Part shown: piece after piece, positions 1 to 9,867 of the stretch
Numbering within the stretch: the stretch's first letter is position 1
How the letters are laid out: each line of letters begins with the position of its first letter
From: a virus
Taxonomy: Duplodnaviria; Caudoviricetes
Reading direction: 5' to 3' (one strand)
Length of the DNA: 64,000 nt
Virus record (IMG/VR): IMGVR_UViG_3300020331_000002
Made by a program: the position numbers and the translations under genes
Notes under the pieces: model-generated
The model's database searches: none
What the model saw: only the letters and a program-made list of their open reading frames with translations
Told to the model about the DNA's origin: nothing

Positions 1-230
1 AATCAATCATTCGAAATAATTAATAAGAGTTAAATTATCGATAGATATTATAGACGAAGCAAGTTCCTTGCGAAGTCTACTAATAGCTAGCGAGTAACGG
101 CAACGTAGTTGCAGGAACATTACTATCGTTAATTATTATAAATGATTCATCATATTCTAGGTTGAATATCAGTAAAAATGTCTAGGCGGATCGGATAAAA
201 CATAGGACGGGATTAATAGGAATTCAGGCA
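1..230. other. AT-rich non-coding region with several short perfect hairpins (possible origin or structured element; truncated by the window edge)
   Basis: No ORF. Hairpins: TAGAC-GAA-GCAAG-TTC-CTTGC-GAA-GTCTA (51-79), GCAAC-GTA-GTTGC (100-112), ATATTC-N6-GAATAT (152-169). Confidence 0.45.
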
Positions 231-232
231 AT

Positions 233-262
233 AAAAAAGGGCCAATGCTATGACCCTTCTTT
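233..262. terminator. Probable bidirectional intrinsic terminator
   Basis: AAAAAAGGG-N12-CCCTTCTTT at the end of the minus-strand 248-421 ORF. Confidence 0.55.
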
Positions 263-421
263 GTAGTACTCTTTGAGCTTTTTAACTAATTGCTGACGTT
301 CTCGGGATGACATCATCCAACATGTTTCGTATCCAAAGCCGCCTTGTCCATAAATAGCCAAGTACTGGATTTCATCAGTTAATTTATCTTGATTCTTCTC
401 AAGACCCCGAATCATGGCCAT
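248..421 (-). CDS. 57-aa ORF missed by the ORF track; probable C-terminal (GT-type) part of the tail/baseplate assembly chaperone
   Basis: Translates MAMIRGLEKNQDKLTDEIQYLAIYGQGGFGYETCWMMSSRERQQLVKKLKEYYKEGS*. TAATG overlap with the upstream gene. The -1 frame is open back to a T7 run at 457-463. Confidence 0.75.
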   Translation of the reverse strand: MAMIRGLEKNQDKLTDEIQYLAIYGQGGFGYETCWMMSSRERQQLVKKLKEYYKEGS

Positions 422-1305
422 TACCTGTTGTGGGTCGCCTGATCCGAGGAGCGCGTAAAAAAACTCATTTGATCGAAGTTAACATCAATAATGTGTTCGT
501 GCTGACAGTTCTGGCATTTCGTATCCAATTTACTCTGCACGCCGTGATTATTCATGTCGTCTACCTTTTCCTTTATCTTCGCTGACGATTCCCTGTCAAT
601 TTCCATAAAGAACTCAGTAATAAACTGCGGTTCAGTAACTACGTTGCCCGCAAGAGACACACTCGCAATAGAGCTCATAAGTATGTCGCGGTTCAGTGTA
701 GACATTTCTTTGTACATTTTACTGAATACGGCTAAGCGCTCATCGTCACTTACACCGGAATCAGGAGACAACGCACGTAGACTCTTACTTTCCTTGTAGC
801 CGATATCAAGTATTTTCTTGTATTGACTAAAGTCGTACGGGTGCAACATCACTTCCAGATCACCATCCAGTTCTACAACATTAAAGCCATCGCTAAAACG
901 TCTAACGTTAGACAGCACCATATCTAAATCAAGTGTTTTCTTTTGTACATGGCCGCATTTAGGACACGTTTCGTCTATGTCATGCTCTTTGCCGTACGAG
1001 TTTCGACGGATTTCAGTCATCAACAATCTAATGTCAATGTGTAAAAGTTTAGTTGGGTCACTAATTGTAGGGCAGCAACTCTTAATAACCGAGACAATGC
1101 TTTCGCCATTTAGTAAGCCGTCCGGGTTGTTTAGTAGAGTTTCGTCTGAACCTGTCATGGGTTTAACACCCACCTCAAGTTTCTCGTTATCTGCTGTGAT
1201 GAAGCCTTCAGGATAAGCACCGATGTCAGTGCCTAAAAGACGCACCCAGGATTTAGGCTTCCTGAACGCCCCTGCCAAAGGGTTGTTGGCTGTCATTTGT
1301 GTCAT
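421..1305 (-). CDS. gp26: T4 gp26-like baseplate hub / tail assembly chaperone
   Basis: N-terminal NPL..FRKPK motif, PMTGSDE, two CxxC pairs (CPKC, CQNC); divergent from the tape-measure gene. Confidence 0.75.
   Translation of the reverse strand: MTQMTANNPLAGAFRKPKSWVRLLGTDIGAYPEGFITADNEKLEVGVKPMTGSDETLLNNPDGLLNGESIVSVIKSCCPTISDPTKLLHIDIRLLMTEIRRNSYGKEHDIDETCPKCGHVQKKTLDLDMVLSNVRRFSDGFNVVELDGDLEVMLHPYDFSQYKKILDIGYKESKSLRALSPDSGVSDDERLAVFSKMYKEMSTLNRDILMSSIASVSLAGNVVTEPQFITEFFMEIDRESSAKIKEKVDDMNNHGVQSKLDTKCQNCQHEHIIDVNFDQMSFFTRSSDQATHNR
457..463 (-). promoter_or_regulatory. Candidate -1 ribosomal frameshift slippery heptamer U UUU UUU
   Basis: Minus strand reads AGT TTT TTT ACG; a -1 slip gives an open frame that joins ORF 248-421. 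Confidence 0.6.
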
Positions 1306-1333
1306 TCTGTTACTCCGTATTAAGATATACGTG

Positions 1334-1340
1334 TATTTAG
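1334..1340 (-). promoter_or_regulatory. Late promoter box CTAAATA
   Basis: Intergenic, about 30 bp upstream of the gp26-like gene; similar to T4 late TATAAATA. Confidence 0.65.
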
Positions 1341-1367
1341 TTAAATTCAGGCAGTGTTTTTAAAGTG

Positions 1368-1374
1368 CTAAATA
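1368..1374 (+). promoter_or_regulatory. Late promoter box CTAAATA
   Basis: 30 bp upstream of the tape-measure gene. Confidence 0.65.
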
Positions 1375-1404
1375 TTCATATAGGATAAGGTTTAGTACGG
1401 AATT

Positions 1405-4212
1405 ATGGAAGAAGTAAGCCCGGTAATTATTACCGATATAGACAGTGTCGCCATAAGAACACTAGCTCAAGAAGAGACGTTAAAGTCCCTAATAAAACTC
1501 GTTCAGAAATCCTACAACTTAGACAAAACACACGGTAAAAAAGTAGAAGATCAGTTAAAACGCATTGCCGACAAACTTGATGACCCAACTGGCATGGGAG
1601 AGATAGGCGATGTTGTTGATTCCATAGACGGACTTGACTTTGACGAGTTAAAACAAGAGCTAGCCGATATAGGCGAAACACTCGAAGACAATTACAAAGA
1701 ACAAGTTAAAGAAAACAAGCGCCGACCGTCTACAGGACCGGGCCCTGCCAACTCGCCAACGAACAGTCGTGAACCTGATTTATCCGGGAAATTAGACACC
1801 ATGTTAGGTGGCTTTATAGGCCGTATGGATATGGGTTTCGGCGGTATAATGGCCAAAACAGGCCAAATACTAAGCGCGTTTTCATTAGCTGCACTAATAG
1901 GTAACTTGGCAAACCTAGCCGAGAACTCGCGATCAGCTGGCGCACTCATACAAAGTTTTGGCTCATCTGCAGAAATAGCAGGTAACTTTGTTTCCAACAC
2001 TGCTGATAACATCCTTCGTTTTGGTATGAATGTCGAGGACTTAAATGCCGTTTATAATGAACATTCTATCGCGTTAAACGCGTACCAACGAGCAACTGGT
2101 AGAAGCTTCGCCCAAACGGTTTCGGGTATGGCTGATTTCGGTGATATTGTCGGTGTAACTTCGAGACAAATGCTTGAGTATAGCGCAAGTGAATTCTCCC
2201 GTCAACGTCTTTTAGGGCAAATAGACCAACTCAATCAAAGTCAAATGCAGAACTTAGCACGCCGCGCCATAGAAAATATGACGGAATATAGCGCTAGGTT
2301 GGGTATCGGGATTGAAGAGATAGACAAAGCAGTGAACGGGTTAATGGATGCGCCTGATACTCGTTTTATTATGAGCTCTTTAAGCCTAGCTGGGCAAGAA
2401 GCTGTTAAAGAAATGACAATGGCTTTTGCTGATGCGCCCGAGGTTTCTAAAACATTAAGAGACCAACTTGCTAATTTACAACTTGGCCGTCCAATCGATC
2501 AGGAGCTCGTAAGAGGCCTAGCGTCAAGCGGTTTAGGTGATGTTATACCAACGCTAACTGAAGAACTTAATAGCGTAATGACAGGTGACACGTCTGCCAT
2601 TGAGCGCCTGCGCAACACATTGGCGGTTCGTTTCCAGCAAATGACTGACGACCAACGAAAAGCAACTCTAGCAGTAGCACAGAGCGTCGGTGGAACTTAT
2701 TTGCAGTTTGCGAATGATGCGCTTTCTTTGACTGAAGATATGCGCAGTAGCATGACTGATGAACAGCGAGCCGCTGAACGCAGAATACGAAACCAAGCCG
2801 CGTTTATACGTGAGTTCAACAATCGCTTGACTACAATGTTCCAAGGCTTGCTTACTCAAGTACTAAACTATTTCGTTGGTTTTGATGATGTAAACAAGCT
2901 GTTTAATAAGGAAGGCGAATTCACTGAAGAAGCTGTCAACAAAATGAGTAAATTCTTCAGTGATGTACGTAGTTTTATAGACGGGTTTGTGTCTGGCATG
3001 GGCACCGTATTTGACGTCCTAAAAGTGATAGGATCCGGTCTTTTATGGGTGGCTGACACCATTGGTTCTGTTATGTCTGTATTTGGTGTAGAGACCGAAA
3101 GCGCTGCCAATACGCTCGGATACGTAGCTGGTTTATTAGTAGGCGGCATAATGTTCATCGCTACTCCGGCTAGGTTGTTATTCAGCGCGTTTAAAACGGT
3201 AGGTCAAATACTAATGGCTTTCGATATTGTTGGGCTGTTTAAGACACTACCTTCGATGGTACGCGTGTTTTCCGGTGGTATCATAAAGGCAACGACATCA
3301 GCTTTCAGCACAATATCGGGTGGATTAGCTCGTCTGTTCACAGTGCTAGGACCGCAAATGTTAAACGGTGTATCCACTTTCTTGAACAAGTCATTATTCT
3401 GGTTAGGTGCAGTTGCGCAACGAGCATTGCCGTGGTTACTGTCTAGAATACCTGCTTTATTTGGTCCAGTGGGTATAGCGATTAGCACACTAATAACCGG
3501 GATAATAGACGGTTATATGAACTCAGATTCTGATACTTTTATCGGAAAAGTAATAGACAGCATCATGAGTCTGCCGCGCACGTTTGCAGGCTGGATCTAT
3601 GACATGGTTGACACTGTGGCCGGCTGGCTTGGGTTTGATTCAACGTCATTTACTAACGCCTTACGTGATATTAACTCGCCACTTGGCATACTGTTTGATT
3701 TGTTGTCGTTTGTCGGACAGCAATTATCGGCTGTGGGTGATTGGGTAGCACAGAAATGGGATGCTGCTAAATCGTGGTTCACCGGCGACGACGATAGCGC
3801 AACCGTAATGAAAGACACTGCTAAGCAAGTCAATAACGATGTAATAGAGCACGCGTCCGGTGTCGCTAAAGACTATGCCAATAATGTTAAACGACAAGCC
3901 CCTAGGATGAACAGCGGCAACATACAACGCGATGCGCAATTAATTAGAAATGCTTCGGTTTCCAACATAGTAAATAACACTAGAACAGGTAATGTTAACA
4001 ATTCTACATTTACCGAAGAATTAATCACAGATAAGGCAAGAGCAGATAAAATAGTAGAAACCATGAATATGGTTCAAGAAAGCACTGACCCGGATACCAC
4101 TGCGTTATTGTTGGAAAAACTAGATCAACTAATATCTGCTCAGACAGAGAATAATAGATATTCTCGTGAAATAAGCTCTAACACAAAGGGCGCAATTAAG
4201 GGAATAGGATAA
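1405..4212 (+). CDS. Tail tape-measure protein / baseplate hub
   Basis: 935 aa, helical, Ala/Gly-rich, with long hydrophobic stretches in the C-terminal half; next to the tail chaperone. Confidence 0.7.
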   Translation: MEEVSPVIITDIDSVAIRTLAQEETLKSLIKLVQKSYNLDKTHGKKVEDQLKRIADKLDDPTGMGEIGDVVDSIDGLDFDELKQELADIGETLEDNYKEQVKENKRRPSTGPGPANSPTNSREPDLSGKLDTMLGGFIGRMDMGFGGIMAKTGQILSAFSLAALIGNLANLAENSRSAGALIQSFGSSAEIAGNFVSNTADNILRFGMNVEDLNAVYNEHSIALNAYQRATGRSFAQTVSGMADFGDIVGVTSRQMLEYSASEFSRQRLLGQIDQLNQSQMQNLARRAIENMTEYSARLGIGIEEIDKAVNGLMDAPDTRFIMSSLSLAGQEAVKEMTMAFADAPEVSKTLRDQLANLQLGRPIDQELVRGLASSGLGDVIPTLTEELNSVMTGDTSAIERLRNTLAVRFQQMTDDQRKATLAVAQSVGGTYLQFANDALSLTEDMRSSMTDEQRAAERRIRNQAAFIREFNNRLTTMFQGLLTQVLNYFVGFDDVNKLFNKEGEFTEEAVNKMSKFFSDVRSFIDGFVSGMGTVFDVLKVIGSGLLWVADTIGSVMSVFGVETESAANTLGYVAGLLVGGIMFIATPARLLFSAFKTVGQILMAFDIVGLFKTLPSMVRVFSGGIIKATTSAFSTISGGLARLFTVLGPQMLNGVSTFLNKSLFWLGAVAQRALPWLLSRIPALFGPVGIAISTLITGIIDGYMNSDSDTFIGKVIDSIMSLPRTFAGWIYDMVDTVAGWLGFDSTSFTNALRDINSPLGILFDLLSFVGQQLSAVGDWVAQKWDAAKSWFTGDDDSATVMKDTAKQVNNDVIEHASGVAKDYANNVKRQAPRMNSGNIQRDAQLIRNASVSNIVNNTRTGNVNNSTFTEELITDKARADKIVETMNMVQESTDPDTTALLLEKLDQLISAQTENNRYSREISSNTKGAIKGIG

Positions 4213-4215
4213 TAA

Positions 4216-5820
4216 ATGACTTGGAAAAAGTATTTTAATCAATCGCCGACTAACACGAATCCAGGATCATTCAAATCTTCTGGTGCAAGTCATGGCAGCT
4301 TCGATAAAGATGCAGCATGGCTACCAGAATACTACTCCGGTTCACAAGACAGAATACACCGTTACGCGCAATATGACACAATGGACCTAGATCACGAAGT
4401 CCACTTAGCGCTTAACACTATTGCAGAATTCTGCGTACAAGACGACGAAGACAATAAGCTGCCGTTTGAAGTTAGCTGGGTAGAAGATCCTACCGAGAGC
4501 GAAACTGAAACTATTAATCGTTTATTGCGCCAATGGTGCGAACTAAACGAATGGCGTAGACGCGCGGTTAGTGCATTCCGTGGCACTATAAAGTACGGCG
4601 ACCAGTTCTTCATACGAGACCCTGAAACTTTCAAGCTTCATTGGGTAGATGTTGCTGATGTGAAATACGTAATTGTTAATGAAGCTGATAATAAGCGTAT
4701 TGAGTTTTACGCTATGGCTAATATCTCGTTTAACTTAAAGGACGGTGTTGCTAGTGATTTCGATCCTAATAACACTCACAACGCTAATAACCTGTCAGTG
4801 CAACATTGGTCTAAATCGGCTAAGACTACGGGCGTCTCGTCAGCAAACACTGATGAAGAGATTACTTATATCTCGGCTGATCACGTAGTTCACATAAGCA
4901 TGTCAGAGGGCATGAATATGACGTGGCCTTTTGGCGTTAGTGAGCTAGAAAAAGTATTCAAGATATATAAGCAGAAAGAACTGCTTGAAGACAGTATTTT
5001 GATATACCGTATTCACCGCGCACCTGAACGCCGTGTATTCTTTATTGATACAGGTGACTTACCGCCACACAAGGCAAAAGCTCATTTGGAATCAACTCGT
5101 ATGGAAGTACAGCAAAAGCGTATACCGCAAAAAACAGGTAACGGCGAAAACAACATCATGGACTCGGCGTACAACCCGCTGAGCATGATTGAGGATTACT
5201 TTTTTGCAGTAACAGCAAGCGGCCGAGGCTCCCGAGTTGAGACACTACCGGGCGGCCAAGGTTTAGGTGAAATCGATGACTTGAAATACTTCAACAACAA
5301 ATTAATAAGAGCGTTGAGTATTCCTAGTTCGTATTTGCCTACTGGACCAGAAGACGGCACTGCACCTTACCAAGACGGTAAAGTGTCTAATGCTTTCATC
5401 CAAGAGTTCAGATTTGATAGATATTGTCGTCGTTTACAGAATATTGTTATTGACGAATTAAACCATGAATTCAAGATGTATTGTAAGCATTCTGGAATCC
5501 GTGTAGATACTGGTACTTTTGACATCCAGTTTTGTGAGCCTCAGAACTTCAGCAACTATCGTGAAGTTGAGATGAATATGCAGTTCGCTAGTGCGTATGC
5601 ACAAATGTCGGATTACGAACATATCTCTAAGCGATTTGCTATGAAGAAATACTTAGGCTGGGACGATAACGATATACTAGAAAACGAACGTCTTTGGAAG
5701 CAAGAAAACGGCATCAAAGACGAGGCTGGCGAAGAAATCGCCAGAACTACAGTTGCACGTGAAGCTGGTCTAACTAGCTCTGCAATTAAACAGTACCAAA
5801 ACAAAGCTAGGGAAGAATAA
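4216..5820 (+). CDS. gp20: Portal vertex protein
   Basis: T4 gp20 motifs IYRIHRAPERRVFFID, EDYFF, GRGSRVETLPGGQGLGEIDD. Confidence 0.95.
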   Translation: MTWKKYFNQSPTNTNPGSFKSSGASHGSFDKDAAWLPEYYSGSQDRIHRYAQYDTMDLDHEVHLALNTIAEFCVQDDEDNKLPFEVSWVEDPTESETETINRLLRQWCELNEWRRRAVSAFRGTIKYGDQFFIRDPETFKLHWVDVADVKYVIVNEADNKRIEFYAMANISFNLKDGVASDFDPNNTHNANNLSVQHWSKSAKTTGVSSANTDEEITYISADHVVHISMSEGMNMTWPFGVSELEKVFKIYKQKELLEDSILIYRIHRAPERRVFFIDTGDLPPHKAKAHLESTRMEVQQKRIPQKTGNGENNIMDSAYNPLSMIEDYFFAVTASGRGSRVETLPGGQGLGEIDDLKYFNNKLIRALSIPSSYLPTGPEDGTAPYQDGKVSNAFIQEFRFDRYCRRLQNIVIDELNHEFKMYCKHSGIRVDTGTFDIQFCEPQNFSNYREVEMNMQFASAYAQMSDYEHISKRFAMKKYLGWDDNDILENERLWKQENGIKDEAGEEIARTTVAREAGLTSSAIKQYQNKAREE

Positions 5821-6089
5821 TGCGTATAGATGAAATATACGATCCTGCTAGGGATAGAAGTGTAGTTAGATTATCTACAGACGTTCGCAGACCTCAGCTG
5901 ACACTTAAACACCTACAACAGATGCGCAAGTCTAGGGACTTCAAAAGAATCGAAGAGATTGAGCGTATGAAGCTGATGCAAATAATGTACGGAGGCGATG
6001 TAGGCGGCGGTGGCCCTGGCGGCGGCATGGGCGGCGGATTCGGCGGCGAAATTGATTTTGACGACGGACCAGCTTTAGGCGAAGAATAG
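5820..6089 (+). CDS. Small prohead core protein (gp68-like position), Gly-rich tail
   Basis: Overlaps the portal stop (TAATG); RRPQLTLKHLQQMRK motif; sits between portal and protease. Confidence 0.65.
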   Translation: MRIDEIYDPARDRSVVRLSTDVRRPQLTLKHLQQMRKSRDFKRIEEIERMKLMQIMYGGDVGGGGPGGGMGGGFGGEIDFDDGPALGEE

Positions 6090-6112
6090 TAAAAATAGTT
6101 ATAAGTAGTAAG

Positions 6113-6158
6113 AATGCGCTTTTTGGACCAAAACCAGGCCCCTAGAGCGCATTTTTTT
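6113..6158 (+). terminator. Intrinsic terminator
   Basis: AATGCGCT...AGCGCATT followed by a T-run. Confidence 0.55.
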
Positions 6159-6167
6159 ATGCGCTTC

Positions 6168-6174
6168 ATAAATA
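6168..6174 (+). promoter_or_regulatory. Late promoter box ATAAATA
   Basis: Upstream of the head-gene operon (6217 onward). Confidence 0.6.
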
Positions 6175-6216
6175 GAAAATAGAAAAACTGTGATTTTTCA
6201 ATAGGAGTGTAAGAAC

Positions 6217-6720
6217 ATGAACAAGCTAGAACAAGTATTTGACCTTCTTATTAATGAAGACAATACTGCTGCTTCGAAACTCTTTCACGAAATCGTTGTT
6301 GAGACAGCACGTGACATTTATGCAGATGTTTCAAAGGCTGTTGGTGTTTCTGAATCTTCGTACGAAGAAGACGCAGAGGAAGACGATTCCGAAAAGAAGG
6401 ACAAAGTAGTTAAAGAAGAAGACATGGGTGAATTGTCTGACGAAGTATCTGACGAAGTATCTGATGCTGACGTAGACGACGAAATGTCTGACGACGAAGT
6501 TGAAGTAGACGACGAATTGTCTGACGAAGACTCAGGCGACGTTGAAGACCGCGTTGAAGATCTTGAAGCTGCGTTTGCTGAATTAGCTGCTGAGTTCGAA
6601 GAACTTGCAGGTGATGATGTAGACATGGACGCTGATCCAGAAATGGACGGCGGTGACTTAGACAGCGAAATCGACGATCCAGAAATGGATTCTGACGAAG
6701 AGCTAGCTGGTACACTATAA
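6217..6720 (+). CDS. Highly acidic prohead core protein (gp67-like position)
   Basis: Very D/E-rich; AGGAG SD; immediately before the prohead protease. Confidence 0.65.
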   Translation: MNKLEQVFDLLINEDNTAASKLFHEIVVETARDIYADVSKAVGVSESSYEEDAEEDDSEKKDKVVKEEDMGELSDEVSDEVSDADVDDEMSDDEVEVDDELSDEDSGDVEDRVEDLEAAFAELAAEFEELAGDDVDMDADPEMDGGDLDSEIDDPEMDSDEELAGTL

Positions 6721-6726
6721 GGGATA

Positions 6727-7362
6727 ATGATGAATAAGCTGTATGAATATATGGGTCCTGAACGTTCGCAAATTCGTATTACCGAAGGTGCAGACGATAA
6801 CGGGCGTGCTTTTTATATGGAAGGCATCTTCATACAAGCTGACGTTCGAAATCATAACCAGCGCGTTTATCCAATGGACGAAATCAGCAGTGCTGTCGCT
6901 CAACTTAAAGAGCGTATGGAACGCGGAGAATCTGTCCTAGGTGAGCTGGATCATCCCGATGAACTAACAATTAACTTGGATCGTGTTAGTCATGTTATCA
7001 CCGACATTTACATGAAAGACAATAACGGAATTGGCAAACTCAAAGTGATCGAGAATACCCCTTGTGGTAAAATCGTTCATGGCTTGCTTAGTTCTAATGT
7101 TCGTCTTGGTGTGAGTTCGCGCGGTTCTGGTAACGTAGACAACCAGGGCTATGTGAGTGACTTTGAAATCGTAACGGTTGATATAGTTGCCCAACCTTCT
7201 GCCCCGGAAGCATATCCGCAAACAATTTATGAGAGTCTATTTAACATGCGCGGTGGCGCTGGAATTTATGAAGCTGCTGCGCAGGCTGCGCACGGTGACA
7301 AAGTTGCAGATAAACACCTACCGTCAATGCTAATGGCGCTCATAAAAGAGTTAAAACCTTAA
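6727..7362 (+). CDS. gp21: Prohead core protease
   Basis: GIFIQADVRNHNQRVYP, GELDHP, LGVSSRGSG and DIVAQPSAP motifs. Confidence 0.95.
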   Translation: MMNKLYEYMGPERSQIRITEGADDNGRAFYMEGIFIQADVRNHNQRVYPMDEISSAVAQLKERMERGESVLGELDHPDELTINLDRVSHVITDIYMKDNNGIGKLKVIENTPCGKIVHGLLSSNVRLGVSSRGSGNVDNQGYVSDFEIVTVDIVAQPSAPEAYPQTIYESLFNMRGGAGIYEAAAQAAHGDKVADKHLPSMLMALIKELKP

Positions 7363-7376
7363 AAGGAGAAAGCCGA

Positions 7377-8492
7377 ATGAGTGTTAACAAAGTTTTAAAA
7401 AATGCTCAACTAAGTGAGTCTGATCGTAACATGGTTCAAGAAGCATGGGACAAACAGATCGCTGAGGCTCGTAGTTCAATTGGTGCTGAGCTTCGTCGTG
7501 AGTTTGCTCAAAAATATGAGCACGACAAGTCAACAATCGCAGAAGCTGCTGAAAAATTCGTTAGCGATGAATTACGCGAGGCTATGACTCGTATTGCTAA
7601 TCAAGAAAAAGAGCTAAGCGAAGCCAAAGCGAAGTTACAAAAACAGAATGCTAAGCAACTAAGAGCTATGCAGGAATTTGTGCTTCGTAAGCTTAAAAGC
7701 GAAGTTGGCGAGTTGCATGAAGATCGTAAACGTATGAATGAGTCAGTTAAGAAAGCGAATGAATTCATTAAAGAATCTATCGCTAACGAGTTAACTGAAT
7801 TCGCTCAAGATAAGAAAGCACTTAATGAACAACGCGTCGCGTTGATCAACGAAGGCCGCGCTAAGCTGCGCGAAGCCAAAGCGAAATTTATCGCTCGTGC
7901 GAGTAGCAAGACATCTGAACTAGTAGAATCAACCCTACGTTCTGAATTGACTGCTCTTCGCCAAGACATTGCCGAAGCTCGTGAAAACAAGTTCGGTAGA
8001 AAAATATTCGAGGCATTTGCATCAGAATTTGGTGGCTCTCTACTTGTAGAAGGCACAGAGCTGGGCACTGCTAAGAAGGCAAACGCCAAGGCATCTCAAG
8101 CGATTAAGAAACTGTCTGAAGCTCAAAACAAGCTTAAGACGGAATTAGAAATCACTAAAGATAACCTGGCTCGCACCCGCAAGATGAACGAGATGTTATC
8201 TCCACTTAGCGGGCGACAACAATCGGTGATGGAAGGTTTGTTAGAGAGTGTTCAGACTAAAGATCTGGATAAAGCTTTCAAGCGATATCTACCAACTGTA
8301 TTGGGCGAACAACAACAAAAACCGTCAGAAGGACGTTCTAAACTGTCCGAACGCAGAAACCGCAATTCTACTTTAAGTGCCAGAGATGGCCGTCGTAGAG
8401 GTGCTGAGTCTCGTCGGAAGCAAGTAAACGAATCGAATGATGACGTAGAATTGAAAGAGATTACACGACTAGCTGGTATCAGCAAAGTTTAA
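7377..8492 (+). CDS. gp22: Prohead scaffold protein
   Basis: Coiled-coil, E/K-rich; between the protease and the capsid gene. Confidence 0.85.
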   Translation: MSVNKVLKNAQLSESDRNMVQEAWDKQIAEARSSIGAELRREFAQKYEHDKSTIAEAAEKFVSDELREAMTRIANQEKELSEAKAKLQKQNAKQLRAMQEFVLRKLKSEVGELHEDRKRMNESVKKANEFIKESIANELTEFAQDKKALNEQRVALINEGRAKLREAKAKFIARASSKTSELVESTLRSELTALRQDIAEARENKFGRKIFEAFASEFGGSLLVEGTELGTAKKANAKASQAIKKLSEAQNKLKTELEITKDNLARTRKMNEMLSPLSGRQQSVMEGLLESVQTKDLDKAFKRYLPTVLGEQQQKPSEGRSKLSERRNRNSTLSARDGRRRGAESRRKQVNESNDDVELKEITRLAGISKV

Positions 8493-8529
8493 GTCTCTAC
8501 ACTAATTAAGAATAATCAAGGAGAATAAG

Positions 8530-9714
8530 ATGAGTAAGGTTCTTAATGAGAATTGGGGAGTTACCAAGAACGCTTTGCTGGAAGGCCTTCAGGGTTCTGT
8601 TCGCAAGACTACTGATGTAGTACTGGAAAATGCTCGAAAGCAAGCGCTTAGAGAAAGTGCCACGCATGGTTCAACCGGTACTGGTAATATCGCCACTGTA
8701 AACAAAATTATGCTTCCGTTGCTGCGCCGCGTTATGCCTAGCACGATTGCAAATGAAATCATGGGTGTTCAGCCGATGACTGGTCCGGTAGGCCAAATCC
8801 ATACTCTACGTGTAAACTACGCAGAAGACGGTGCTGGTTTTAAAGCTGGTCAAGAAGCGTTTAACCCGTTTGACATCGCGAAAGCGTACTCAGGTAACAA
8901 CGTAGCGAACTCGTCTACGTCGCCACTACCTGGTCCAAGTTCAACTGCCTCTATGGAAGGTGAACCTGGTCGCCGTATGTCTGTAAACATCTTGAAAGAG
9001 ACTGTTGAAGTTAAATCTCGTAAGCTATCTGCGAGCTGGACTTTCGAAGCTGCACAAGATGCTGAAGCTGTTCATGGCATCGACATCGAAGCAGAAATCA
9101 TGGAAGCTATTGCGCAAGAAATCACAGTTGAAATCGACCAAGAACTACTTGGCCGCTTACGCAACCTAGCTGGCGCACCTGCACAAAGCTACGATCAGAA
9201 CGCTGTTTCTGGTACTGCTACATTCGTAGGTGACGAGCACGCCGCTCTTGCAACTATGATGAACCTTGAAAGTAACTTGATCTCACAACGTACACGTCGT
9301 GGTGTTGCGAACTTTGCGGTAGTAAGCCCTGTGGCACTAACTATCCTACAGTCTGCGACTACTTCTGCGTTCGCACGTACCACTGAAGGTAAGTTCGATG
9401 CACCTCTTAACACTAAGTTAGTTGGTACTCTGAACAACGCTATGAAGATCTACGTAGATCAGTTTGCGTCTTCTGACGAAGCTGTATTACTAGGTTATAA
9501 AGGCAACGAGACTGACGCTGGTGCGTTCTACTGTCCTTATATCCCACTTCAATCAGTTGGTCCAATTATTGATCCTACTACTTTCCAACCAGTAGTAAGC
9601 TTCATGACTCGTTACGGTTACGTTGAGTTAACTAACACTGCAAACTCTTTCGGTAACGCAGGCGACTACTACAGCCGCATCGGTATCAACACTTCTAACT
9701 TGTCATTCTTCTAA
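8530..9714 (+). CDS. gp23: Major capsid protein
   Basis: GVQPMTGPVGQI, SRKLSASWTFEAAQD, AFYCPYIPL and MTRYG motifs of T4 gp23. Confidence 0.97.
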   Translation: MSKVLNENWGVTKNALLEGLQGSVRKTTDVVLENARKQALRESATHGSTGTGNIATVNKIMLPLLRRVMPSTIANEIMGVQPMTGPVGQIHTLRVNYAEDGAGFKAGQEAFNPFDIAKAYSGNNVANSSTSPLPGPSSTASMEGEPGRRMSVNILKETVEVKSRKLSASWTFEAAQDAEAVHGIDIEAEIMEAIAQEITVEIDQELLGRLRNLAGAPAQSYDQNAVSGTATFVGDEHAALATMMNLESNLISQRTRRGVANFAVVSPVALTILQSATTSAFARTTEGKFDAPLNTKLVGTLNNAMKIYVDQFASSDEAVLLGYKGNETDAGAFYCPYIPLQSVGPIIDPTTFQPVVSFMTRYGYVELTNTANSFGNAGDYYSRIGINTSNLSFF

Positions 9715-9732
9715 GAGTGATTTGTTGAAATT

Positions 9733-9760
9733 AAAAAAGCCGCTTTCGAGCGGCTTTTTT
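9733..9760 (+). terminator. Strong bidirectional intrinsic terminator
   Basis: AAAAAAGCCGCT-TTCG-AGCGGCTTTTTT. Confidence 0.9.
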
Positions 9761-9782
9761 GTTGCTCGGAATTCTGTTAGTA

Positions 9783-9790
9783 TATAAATA
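9783..9790 (+). promoter_or_regulatory. Late promoter box TATAAATA (exact T4 consensus)
   Basis: Intergenic; followed by AGGAGG-ATG-TAA. Confidence 0.65.
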
Positions 9791-9867
9791 ACTATAAAGG
9801 AGGACGTATGTAAATCGTAGAAGATAGAAAACTAGGAAACCCAGTTAGAGAACCGTAAGGAATTTTC

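Noticed and set aside
6420-6700. Short DNA repeats (CTGACGAAGTAT tandem, GATCCAGAAATGGA twice)
   Set aside because: Explained by low-complexity acidic coding sequence.
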